Of a DNA stretch of 64,000 nucleotides, positions 1 through 11,196 are shown piece after piece. The stretch covers positions 12,090,001-12,154,000 of the forward strand of contig OZ024747.1 in the NCBI GenBank assembly GCA_964016885.1. The letters are read 5' to 3'. The DNA comes from Eledone cirrhosa. Its lineage: Eukaryota. Position 1 is the stretch's first letter. Each line of letters starts with the position of its first letter. Position numbers and translations under genes: made by a program. Under the pieces are notes generated by a model that searched no databases, was not told the origin of the DNA, and worked only from the letters and a program-made list of their open reading frames with translations.

Positions 1-189
1 GCTGACAAACATTTAACTGGTGCCGAGCCAACTCTACCCTCGGCAACCATTGCTACACAACAGCGACAACGACAGCAACACACACCACAAACAGCCAATA
101 CAAACGACCAATCAAAACAACAGGTTGGTACAGCCTTGTCCCCACCTTCACACCGTGGTAACCTCCCCCTCTCTCCACCTGACTTATGA
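1..189 (+). CDS. Possible coding exon fragment running in from the window edge (ADKHLTGAEPTLPSATIATQQRQRQQHTPQ...SPPDL*)
   Basis: Frame 1 is open from 1 to TGA at 187-189 with low-complexity Q/T/P content and higher GC than the flanks. It is either the last exon of an upstream gene, or an exon ending at CAG|GTTGGT (123/124, phase 0) that could join the RIMBP-like exon at 11098. Confidence 0.3.
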   Translation, partial: ADKHLTGAEPTLPSATIATQQRQRQQHTPQTANTNDQSKQQVGTALSPPSHRGNLPLSPPDL

Positions 190-344
190 CATCGACAGCA
201 TGTTTAGTCGGCTTTGTTTTGGATTTTGGTGGGGTGTTCTGCATTTTTTTTGGTTTGTTTTATATCTATTAACCATTACCAGCTCTCAGACCCACCCCCT
301 TCTTGGGCTTTGGCTGTCTTTGGCTTTTTTATACATACATAACT

Positions 345-420
345 ACATGTGTGTATATATATATATATGTATATATGTATATAGTCTGTAGGCTATGTAT
401 ATAATCTGCAAATTATATAG

Positions 421-451
<31 letters not shown>

Positions 452-597
452 GACAGATATGTATATATATGTATATAGTCTGTAGGCTATGTATATAATC
501 TGCAAATTATATAGCTGTGTATATATATATATAGACAGATATGTATATATATGTATATAGTCTGTAGGCTATGTATATAATCTGCAAATTATATAGC

Positions 598-645
<48 letters not shown>

Positions 646-702
646 GATATGTATATGTATGTATATAGTCTGTAGTCTATGTATATAATCTGCAAGTTAT
701 GG

Positions 703-735
<33 letters not shown>
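345..735. repeat. Tandem repeat of about 100-bp units with internal (TA)n
   Basis: tatagtctgtaggctatgtatataatctgcaaattatatagctgtg recurs near 380, 475, 556 and 663. Confidence 0.85.
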
Positions 736-741
<6 letters not shown>

Positions 742-865
742 GCCAGCTATGGGTGAAGCATGCTGCTTTGGTTTATTTTTGTTTTTATTTTTTTTAAAAA
801 CATTTTATTTTATAAAAAAAAACATGAGAAAAAAAAGGCTTCCACTCTATAACTGCTCATGTGAG

Positions 866-1140
866 GGTGTATATATGTAAATGTATAGGTATATATGTGC
901 ATGTATAGGTGTATATGTGTGGATGTATAGGTATGTGTGTGGATGTATAGGTGTATGTGTGTGGATGTATAGGTGTATGTGTGTGGATGTGTATGTGTAA
1001 ATGTATAGGTATATATGTGTGTGGATGTATAGGTATATATGTGTAAATGTATAGGTATATATGTGTGGATGTATAGGTATGTGAGGATGTATAGGTATAT
1101 GTGTGGATGTATAGGTGTATGTGTGGATGTATGAATGTGT
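866..1140. repeat. Degenerate minisatellite (gtgtggatgtataggt...)
   Basis: Repeated gtggatgtataggt units. Confidence 0.8.
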
Positions 1141-1229
1141 TTTACAAAGTAAACCCTTGTCCCTTTTATTTTTTAATATTTCAATTACCCCCTTTCCCTC
1201 TGGCTCTACTCTGGTGGAATTAGTGGATA

Positions 1230-1393
1230 TTTGATGAAATGACAGGATGTTTGAGGAAATGACAGGATGTTTGATGAAATGATGACATGTTTGATGAAAT
1301 GATGACATGTTTGATGAAATGACGGCATGTTTGATGAAATGACCATGTTTGATAAAATGATATGTTTGATGAGACAACAGGATGTTTGATGAA
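1230..1393. repeat. 20-bp minisatellite (tgtttgatgaaatgatgaca)
   Basis: About 8 imperfect tandem copies. Confidence 0.85.
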
Positions 1394-2549
1394 AATAAGT
1401 AAATATGACCAGTTACCTGTGTATTTTTACATTCATCAGTTCAAATTCCTACCAGAGTTCCACTGTTTTTATCTCTCTTGTCTTAAATACCAGTAATACC
1501 CATCACAACTATACACAATAAACATGGCCTTTTTTTCTTCTAGTCAAAGAATTAATTAAAATCAAAATTATAAAGAAATGTAAAAACCCTATAAAAAGAA
1601 ATGAAGGGAATTTGATTTATAAAAGATTTTTTTCCCTTTTTTTTTTTGGTATTTTATTTTATTAAAATTTTTGTTTTGCCTTTTATTTTATTTATTATTT
1701 TTCTGTTTTGCTATTTTAATTGTTGCTGTGCTTGTTTTTGCTATAGATATTATATATATAGGCATACATATGTGTGTGTGTGTGTATAAATGTATGTGTG
1801 TGTGTGTGTGTATATGTATATATATATATTAAGAACAAAATAAGGTTTCACATTAAGGTCTTTATTGATTATACACAGTTACGACCGTTTCACAGATGGG
1901 TGGCTTAGGATCCATATTTCTGGACCCGACTCCAACCCAATCTGTTCATCGGACTTATTTATCAAGCAAAACCAAAATCTCACACACACACACACACACA
2001 CTATATATATCTATATATATATCTATATATATATATATATATATAGTTATATATATAAACTAACAAACAAAAATATATACATAAACACATACAAATGTAT
2101 ACCAGTGATACACTGGGGATCACTACAAACAACTCCCTGTAAGATTTCGTGTTGTGCCTTATATGGTGGTGGTGGTGGTGGTGGGGGTGAGTGAGAGTTA
2201 TTTGGTAGTCATGTGGTAGCAAATCACATAAAGATCAATAAATATCTTTAATATTAAAACACGAAACTGTTTTCAACAACAAAAGTTAGGTTTTTATCTT
2301 TTTTTTTAAACTTCAGCTTCTTGGTTTTAGTTAAGTGAATGTGTGTGTATAATAATAATAATGAAATACTGTGTACAGTGCTCAGGTGCACTACAACTCA
2401 TCAAAAAGTGTATGTATAGTACATACTCACACATATGTATGTGTATATACGTATGTGTTTCTGTTACAGTACTTAATTGTGTGTGTATATATATATATAT
2501 GTATGATTGTATGTATATATGTTGGTGTGAATATGTGTATGTATATATG

Positions 2550-2580
<31 letters not shown>

Positions 2581-2604
2581 GTATATATATATATATGTAT
2601 ATAC

Positions 2605-2658
<54 letters not shown>

Positions 2659-3654
2659 CTGTGACTTGGCAGTCATTATAGAATGTCAGACAAAATGTTT
2701 TGTGTTCAAATCTTTCTGGGGTCAATATATACAATACCAGTTCTATACTGGGGCTGATTCTTTTCTCTCTCTTCCTCTCTTACATTTCTCACCCTGTTCT
2801 AAATCTCTTTCTCTCTCTTCCCCTCTTCTCCATCTCTCTCTCAGTTATATTCAGACGTAGAGAGGGATATGTCATGCCATCTTGTGTATATATAGATACA
2901 AAGAGAGAAAGACATACAGGAATGACTTTTCCTTTCATCCTTCAAGAATCAATAGATACCAGTGAAATACTGGGGTTGATATTAACTCTTCTGCTTCCCC
3001 AAGAAATTTGTATCTCTCTGTCTATTAGTAATCGTTGTTGTGGCTCGAACCTTGGATAAAATGTTTTGCTGTAGAATTAGACATTGCACCTTTGATGAGT
3101 TGTAGTGCACCTGAGCACTGTACACAATAATTTCATTATTATTATATTATTATTATTATTAAGATTTCTAAGTTCAAATCCTGTGTGGGACACCTTGCCT
3201 TTGCTCCTTCCAGTCAGTAAAATAAGTGTTTTTAAGGCTATTTTCCCTATTAAAGCAGGGGTACCCTTAAGGCCTTATGACATGGCAATACTTTATAGCT
3301 TGGTGCCCTTTAAGTTTGTTTCTTACGACACAGCACTTGAGGGTATGGTGACGGTGTGCCCAAATATGAACAAATTAAATGCAATGGTGAAGTGGGGGCT
3401 AAATATTGAACCCCTAAAATTTGACACCTTGTCTCTCGCTCTCTCTTTGGTAATGCATATATCAGAATTATTATAATTAAAATTAGGAAGTGTATTGGCA
3501 AAATTGATAGAGCATCCAACAAAATACCTTGCAGTATTTAGTTAGCACCTCTATCAGGTAACTCCTTCTTGTCTTCTCTTCTCTTCTTCTTTGTCCACTT
3601 ATTCCTGGGAGGGTCATGGGGAACACAGTCCTCAAACAGACCTTCCAGAGGGTC

Positions 3655-3845
3655 CTGTCAGAAACAAGTGTCTCCAACTGATCTGGCTGGATCCCCAAGC
3701 GAGACCAGAACAAGCTCATGGATGTTATCCAACCATCTTGCTTGAGGTTTACCCCTGGGTCTCCTACCAGTTGGTTTCGCCTGTAAAATCCGTCCAGTGA
3801 TTCTTTCCTGAGTCATTCTAACCACATGCCATAGTATCGGAGCCC
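3655..3845 (-). mobile_element. RTE-type LINE ORF2 C-terminal fragment
   Basis: Translation WHVVRMTQERITGRILQAKPTGRRPRGKPQARWLDNI matches the typical RTE C-terminal W.GHV.R...RPRGRP..RW motif. Confidence 0.7.
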
Positions 3846-4690
3846 AACTCCCCAAGCACACACACACACGAAATATACACATATAACACTATACTCACAC
3901 ACATACACACACACATCTATATATATATATATATATCACATCTATCTATCTATATATGTATGTATGTATGTATGTATGTGTATATATATATATTTCCCAT
4001 GCCACAGTTCAATGTCACTTAAGGGTGGTTCTCTTACAATTTAGTAAAAGAAACATTTTCTATTTTTTTATTTGTCTCGTCTATGCTTTTGCTTTGTTGA
4101 TGTTTGTATTGTTGTTTCTTGCTTTTGCTTTCTTTGTTTGAGTTGTTGTTGTTCTTCTTCTTTGGTGTTTTTTTTAACTCCTTAACTTCCCCTTCCACAT
4201 GAAACCACATTAAAAATCAGTCTTTAGTAAAATATTACACATTTTCACAACAATCTGTCCACTAGTAAAGATACCATAAACATTTAAATTAACAAACCTA
4301 GTTTTTAGATATATTCTACAAAATCACTTGAGGATGTTAAGAGTTAAAAGAGTGGTGTGTCTGTGTGTGTGTGTGTTTTTAAATAGTCATTGCAATTTAG
4401 CAGTATGTTCTTTTTGACTAAATACCAAAAGGCCACAATAAGTCAATTGTCAAAAATAGTTGACTGGGTCTTGTATTTTTAAACTGATCTAATGCAGTTG
4501 TAGTGTCCTGGGCTATTAAGTCCAATATATTAGTCTGGCAGTGCTGTAAGAATAATAAATACATAAGTAGTGTCTTTAATTAGAAATAGGATAATGAAAG
4601 AGTTAAGCTATATTAAGTCTGGCTAATTACGCTATAAAAATCCATCTATAGCCTCTTCTCATTGAATGTATCTATAGTGCTTGTTTATAC

Positions 4691-4880
4691 GGTGAATTGG
4701 CAGTATCGGTAGAGGGCTGGACGCCTTGCTTTTGACGCATAGAGTTACGGCCTTTGCCATTCTGAGTTCAAATCTCGCCGAGGTTAACTTTGCCTTTCAT
4801 CCTTACGGGGTCGATAAAATAAAGTACCAGTAATGTACTGGGTAATTGCTGGCCTTGTGCCAATAGTAGAAACAGTTATA
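4691..4880 (+). mobile_element. tRNA-derived SINE (family 1; central gcctttcatccttacggggtcgataaaataaagtaccag, MetaSINE-like domain)
   Basis: A-box-like tggcagtatcggtag, B-box-like gagttcaaatc and a conserved core shared with about 30 copies in the window. Confidence 0.85.
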
Positions 4881-4890
4881 TACATATATA

Positions 4891-4986
4891 AACAGTTCTA
4901 GTCCTGTAGAAGCCATTTCTATATTAAAAATGTATACTCTATGTATTGAGTACCTTACTTACTGTGGTTACCCCCGATTAAACCCA

Positions 4987-4990
<4 letters not shown>
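4891..4990 (+). mobile_element. 5'-truncated copy of hammerhead-bearing element family A
   Basis: aacagttctagtcctgtagaagcc...gtattgagtaccttacttactgtggttaccc matches 14858-14965 (+) and 13983-14085 (-); ends in (TA)n. Confidence 0.75.
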
Positions 4991-5050
<60 letters not shown>

Positions 5051-5466
5051 TTATGCTTTGGTGTACCAAACTGATGGATTCCTATGCAATACGGTGTCTT
5101 TTATATTTTATCCTCTAGTTTTTTTATTAGTTGTCAACTAACAATGTTTTTATGCTTTCTGCTGCTTAAAATAAAGTCAAGTTGTTTTGTTTGTTTGATT
5201 TTTAAAAAAATTGATTGTTGACCTTTGCTATTATATATTATATTATTGCATTTTTCTGACCCACAAATGGGTTTTGGTTGTGAACTTAACACTGTTGTTT
5301 CTATTATTATTATTATTATTATTTATATATATATATATATATATAAACTAAAATATGTCATATATATATTATTGACAAACATATATTATTGTTTATTATA
5401 TTATCATTCGTATTATTATTATTGATTTTTGTTAGTTTCCTATTTTGCTATTTTTTTCTGATGCTT

Positions 5467-5501
<35 letters not shown>

Positions 5502-5702
5502 AAAATCTTTTCCTGGGTTCTGTATTTTCGTTGCTCTAGTGATGCGGCTGGACTGCCGACCGCTATATCTGATTTGCTAAGCTGTCTGAACGTAATGTCA
5601 TTACTCTGGGGTCTTTCCTCATCTGAGTGCTAAAGCTACAGACCGATTATGCATACACGGTAGCTTGGCCGTATTCTAAAGCTTCGTCAATGCTGTACTA
5701 AA

Positions 5703-5745
<43 letters not shown>

Positions 5746-6124
5746 TACATATGGTTATATGCATATGTAAATATTTGCATGGATGTGTGTATGAACATTC
5801 ATGTGTATGTATGTATATATTTTATATTCATTGTTATTCACATATACATAAATGATCATTACATCACTATTAAACTCTCTCTCTCTCTCTCTCTGTATAT
5901 ATATATATATTCTGCTCTGCACATTTTCCCTACAGTTCCAACTTTACTGTATATTACAGGACGACCCTCTTCCCTCTTAAACCTCTACAATTCCTGTTTT
6001 AAGGACTTGTTTATATATTGCTTTCAGCCCCAGCCCATCTTCATTCTTCTGATAACATCCCCACCACAAAACAGTTAAATGGTAATATTACAGTGCCATT
6101 CTTAGTTAATTTTGTGAATCATTT

Positions 6125-6187
<63 letters not shown>

Positions 6188-6355
6188 CACCATTGGTGAA
6201 ATGTGGACGTCACTGCCACTTTTTTCTTCAAGAAAAAAAAAACGTTAGTTTGTTCACATTTATCGAATGCTTGTCCAGTTAATGTTCGGATGGTTTGCGT
6301 ACACTAGTATATAAGACACACATCAGAATATATATATATATCTATATATATATAT

Positions 6356-6680
6356 TTCGTTTCTGAATTTGTTTAGCAAGATTCTTTATCTGAAATCGTG
6401 TGTTGAAACCGATATTGTTATACTTTGGGAGGGTCATGTTGCCAATAAGAAACACACGCACCAGTTGCTTTCACAATTTATAAATTTAGGAATTTATAAA
6501 TTTCTGGTTGGTTGGTTGGTTCCACAACCAGATAGTTGTATATATATATAAACAACTATCTGGTTGTGGAACCAACCAACCAACCAGAAATTTATAAATT
6601 TATTATAATAAATTGAAGTGAAAGCAACTGGTGCATGTGTTTCTTATTGGCAACATGACCCTCCCAAAGTATAACAATAT
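6356..6680. mobile_element. Tail-to-tail inverted pair of a short element around a (TA)n core (family E)
   Basis: 6412-6539 is the near-perfect reverse complement of 6552-6680. Confidence 0.8.
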
Positions 6681-7258
6681 ATATATATATATATTTATTT
6701 ATTGATTCTGTGGTAGAGCTAATATTTATCATTCATATTCACAATAATTTATCATCAGCTACTAATGGTTTCATGATCTAACAAAATTTACATATGTAAG
6801 CGTTAACCATTAGAATTATAGAGTGGTCCTTTTTTTGTTGATGTTGACTATTACACAACAATAAGTGTGTGTGTATTTGTATCTTTGGTTGTATTTTTAG
6901 TGTGGGTATGTTCATCTATGTATATATGTGTAAATAATTTTGAAAATGTGGATGTATGTGGTTGGAGGTTTATAGTATATATATATATATATATATATAG
7001 TTATATACCTAATCCAGAATATTTTTATGTATATACAGGTTGTGTGTGTATATATGTACAATTGTATATTTTGAATCTGAGTATGTTTATATTTATATTT
7101 TTTGTGTGACCAGCTTATGACTGAGCTGATAAGCTATGTGCCTTCACTTATACATATTGTGTGTGTGTGTGTGTGTGTAATCTTGTAAATAAAGATGTAT
7201 TTCAAGTCTAAGTATGCTATATATATATATATACATACACACGCGCACACACACACAA

Positions 7259-7501
7259 TGAAATAGAAGCCACGCCATATTTTTAACTATAATATAGTCT
7301 AATAACGTGGTGTATAAACCCATTGAACAGAAAAAGATAGGTATCAACAAACATGGGAGTCACACCTCGTTTGCCAGAGAAGTATTCTACCATTATGTTC
7401 CCATGTCTACTGATACCCATCTTTTTCCATTCAGTGGGTATATACGCCCCATTATTAGACTATATTATTCACAAAAATATTACAGGGTAGCTTCTATTTC
7501 A
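7259..7501. repeat. Imperfect palindrome, about 100-bp arms
   Basis: tgaaatagaagc...acatggga versus tcccatgt...gcttctatttca. Confidence 0.8.
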
Positions 7502-7840
7502 GTTCTAAATTTTGCTCGACGCGATCCAAACCTACTTCCATATATATATATCTATATATATATATATATATAATACAGATTATTTTTCTGTATATAATGT
7601 GTGTGTATATAAATGCATATATATAAATATATTTATATATAGGTACGTACATTTAATAACCTATCTCTCCACCTATAGGTAAGGAGAGACAGAATAAAGA
7701 ATACGTGTATGTGTGTCTGTCTATATGTGTGTTTATATGTATACATGTGTGTGTGAATGTGTGAAATTCAACATCATTTAGTTACACTATTTCATCCATT
7801 ACTGTACATTTCGTTCTATCTCACTCTCTCACTCACTCTC

Positions 7841-7883
<43 letters not shown>

Positions 7884-7936
7884 CTAAAAACATTTTTTTC
7901 CTCTGAAATAAAGTCATTAACTAAAATATACAGGTG

Positions 7937-7967
<31 letters not shown>

Positions 7968-8345
7968 GGATTGGCAGAATCGGTAGAGCATCGGACAAAA
8001 TTCTTTGCAACATTTATTTACAACTTTCTACGTTCTGAGTTCAAATCCCACTGAGGTCAGCTTTACCTTTCATCCTTACAGAGTCAATAAAATAAAGTAC
8101 CAGTAATGCACTTGGGTCGATTTAACAACTTTCCCCTCCCTAAAAAATTGTTGGCCTTGTGCCTAAATCAGAAACCCTTATTATTGTTGTTATGGATTGG
8201 AAGAATCATTAGAACAGGAAACAAAATACTTTATCAAGGTCCTTTACATTGAGTTTAAATTCCATTGAAGTCACCTCTGCCTTTTTTCCTCCGGGATTTA
8301 ATAAAAAAAATACCAGTTAAATACTGGGGTTGATTTAATCTGCTA
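7968..8345 (+). mobile_element. Two tandem family 1 SINE copies
   Basis: ggattggcagaatcggtagagc...gagttcaaatccc...cctttcatcc...aaataaagtaccag; the second copy is degenerate. Confidence 0.8.
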
Positions 8346-8989
8346 ACACCATGTGTCTATGTTTGAACTCAGAGTACTGAGTGCTGTCAAGTATTTTATC
8401 TGACATTCTAATCACTCGGACCAATTCTTGCCTTAACTCTTTTATTACTATATTTCTAATGAAAGACTATGGTTTTCAAACAAATTTTAAAATAATCAAC
8501 AATTTAGAGGGATTTAGTAATGTAACTAACTTTCTCATAAAGATGGTGTTTGGAACATTACTTAACAAAGATTCTTACATAAAATTATCATGGAAGGTTT
8601 TTTGAATGAAAGACACTGCTTGTGGGTTTTAAATACTTTTGAAATTAATCAAGAATTTTAGGTATTTTGTAATATAACTTTCTTGTTTTTAAGCTGATGT
8701 TTGGAACATAAATGTTCTCACATAAAATGGTAATGAAAGGTTTTTAGATAAATATAAACACCTTAAAACCGACACCTTTGTATCAGAGAACCAGGGTAGT
8801 TTCAGGTGATTTGGCTATGAAAAAGGTTGAGTAATAACCTAGGAGTCAATTTGACCAACTATATTCCCTTTCCAGATGTGTGGCTTTAAAAATATTAACA
8901 CATCACTGGGTCTTCGGATTCTCTTATACCATGGGAATTCCTTAAAGGGCATTGAGTACTAGTGGGGGCAGGGGAAAGGATGTTAAACA

Positions 8990-9070
8990 ATCTTCTGCAG
9001 CTTTAGGGATATCTGGCACCTTTCGTATGATTCTTGCTGTTCCAAACAATGTTTTCTGTAAAGTCTAGAA
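8990..9070 (-). mobile_element. Fragment of an R4/Dong/NeSL-type (RLE) non-LTR element C-terminus
   Basis: Reverse strand reads LQKTLFGTARIIRKVPDIP*, resembling the LQK.ALLGTARI.RKV terminus of these elements. Confidence 0.5.
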
Positions 9071-9112
9071 ATTCCCTGCTATATATACATCTTATCAATC
9101 AATTGTTATCGT

Positions 9113-9270
9113 GGTGGATTGGCAGAATCAGTAGAGCATCAGGCAACATGATTTGCAGCATATAGTTACGGCCCTTTAAGTTTGCTCTGAGTTAAAATCC
9201 CACCAAATTTAGCCTTGCCTTTCATCCTTACAAGGTCGATAAAATAAAGTACCAGTAATACACTTGGTAA
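9113..9270 (+). mobile_element. Family 1 SINE
   Basis: Same head and core motifs as 4691. Confidence 0.8.
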
Positions 9271-9684
9271 TACTACCAGTAACAGACAGAAACCTAAAAT
9301 TTGCTTGACAGTTGTATAAGCAAGTACACCTCTTTGCCTGAACCTTCAATTTGAGAAAGCAGGCAGGGAGAAAATATTAGCCAGCCCCCAAAGAGGAACA
9401 TATGTGTCTGTACCCTCAGAAGAAGAGAGAAAATGACTGATCCCCCTGAGAGGAACATGGGCAGACCTGTCAGATTCCAGAAACTCCTGTCACACATTTA
9501 AAATGGTCAGAACTCTCACCTTAATCTTGCCGTTAAGACCAGGAAACCAAGGGACCACATTACTTTGGGATAAAGAGGAGAAATGGAACAAGGAGCAGAC
9601 GTGGTAAACTGCTAGAGAAAAATAATCCCACAATATAGGGTACAGAAGACTCTTCAGTTTGGTTGAGTATATGACAACCTCTCT

Positions 9685-10068
9685 AGTACTGGAACCATGA
9701 TAACATACACCCAGTACACTCTGTAAAGTGATAGTACTGGTGTCATAACATACACCCAGTACACTCTGTATAGTGGTAGTGCTGGTGCCATAACATACAC
9801 CCAGTACACTCTGTAATGTGGTAGTACTGGTGTCAGGCTAACATACACTGTACACTCTGTAAAGAGGTAGTGCTGATATCATGATAAAATGTATCCAGTG
9901 CACTCTGTAAAGTGGTAGTGTTGGTGTCATGATAAAATACACCTAGTACACTCTGTAAAGTTTTAGTTCTAGTGCCATGAACAAATGCAGTCAGTACTCT
10001 CTGTAAAGTGGTAATACTGGTGCCATGATACCGTACCTAGTACTCTGTAAGGTAGCTGGCATTAGGAA
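9685..10068 (+). repeat. About 45-48-bp tandem array derived from the RTE/SINE 3' tail
   Basis: About 8 copies of cacccagtacactctgtaaagtggtagt, ending in ggcattaggaa like the LINE tail at 37420-37460. Confidence 0.75.
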
Positions 10069-10484
10069 TTATGTCAAAATATGGAAAGTGTAAGTAAGAC
10101 GCGTTTCCTCAACCTATTCTTGGACTGACAACCTATCAAGCCTGGTGATGAGACAGGGGAGCGGCAAGCAAAATATCCAAGACAAAGATCACTTCAAAGT
10201 CTGATTTCCATAATTCTTCACATTGCAAAATGGTTGATGAATCATTTAAATGAGTAACATGAAGATTTAGAAATACAGTTTTGAGGTCCAGTTATCTAAA
10301 CCACCAACTGACTGACTGTGAATTACTTTTGATGGTTACACAAACTCTTTCATTACAACTTTGTGGTCAAATTATGTGACCAACAAACTGACCAACCAAC
10401 TGCGGTGGTCCAATTATGTGACTGATTGTAAATTACATTTAATGGCTACATGCTATATATATGCTTGTGTATGTATATATGTGC

Positions 10485-10514
<30 letters not shown>

Positions 10515-10515
<1 letters not shown>

Positions 10516-10821
10516 ATGTCTGTATGTAAAAGGTAAACAGAAATAACAACACAATCGGTACAGTATATGGAAGGGATATATTAGGTTAACGCTTGATATA
10601 ACAGGAAGAGGGTTTTAACGTTTCGGATACTAGTCTTTCATCAGAAGAAAGAATGAGAAATAAGATAGATTGAAGGGACGGGTGGGTTGGAATTGGAAAA
10701 AATGTCTTTAGATAAAAATAACAGGTCCATTCATGTTGACATATCTTGCAAAACTGTTGGTGCTGGCGTTTTGTGTATGATTTATTTGTTAGAAAAGTGG
10801 ATGATGGAGCGCGTCTACCTG
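10515..10821 (-). mobile_element. Short Penelope-like fragment (family D) with a decayed hammerhead
   Basis: Reverse strand CTGATGAaagactagtatccGAAAcgtt at 10617-10644; the tail matches 63541-63597; flanked by (TA)n. Confidence 0.6.
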
Positions 10822-11097
10822 ATATATATATATATATATATATATATAGTTTATTGGTGTGTAATGTGTCCTTAATGTCTCACTTTGTGTAAACGCTTGT
10901 GGTTAATAAAGAAAGTATTATTATCATTGTTATTATTATTATTATTATATATATGAAGTATAGAGGTATTATTATTATGTATGGTTTACACAGTAAATAT
11001 AATTACTGTAGCTGTCAGATCTCTACACCAACCTTAGACAGATAGACCACTTTTCTGAGGATGTTGTTGTTGTTACTATTATTATTATTATTTGCAG

Positions 11098-11196
11098 GTT
11101 AATCTACTAACTAAAGCACTAAATGACAAGAACAAATATATAACAATGCTGGAAACTTCCATTGAACGCTTGGGTCAAATGTTGGCCCATCCACAG
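11098..11196 (+). CDS. RIMBP2: RIMBP-like exon (VNLLTKALNDKNKYITMLETSIERLGQMLAHPQ), coiled coil
   Basis: ttgcag| ... CAG|gtaggg, 99 nt, phase 0-0. Confidence 0.7.

Noticed and set aside
2355-3143. Inverted repeat pair (2355-2405 versus 3090-3143)
   Set aside because: Two short opposite-orientation copies of a common repeat tail about 700 bp apart, not TIRs of one element
5068-5100. ctgatggattcc as a ribozyme core
   Set aside because: No CUGANGA match and no downstream GAAA
507-7573. Many YI/IY/CV/HT-rich ORFs in the ORF track (also 31082-33056 and 60361-63738)
   Set aside because: Translations of (TA)n, (CA)n and (GA)n microsatellites with no splice or domain support
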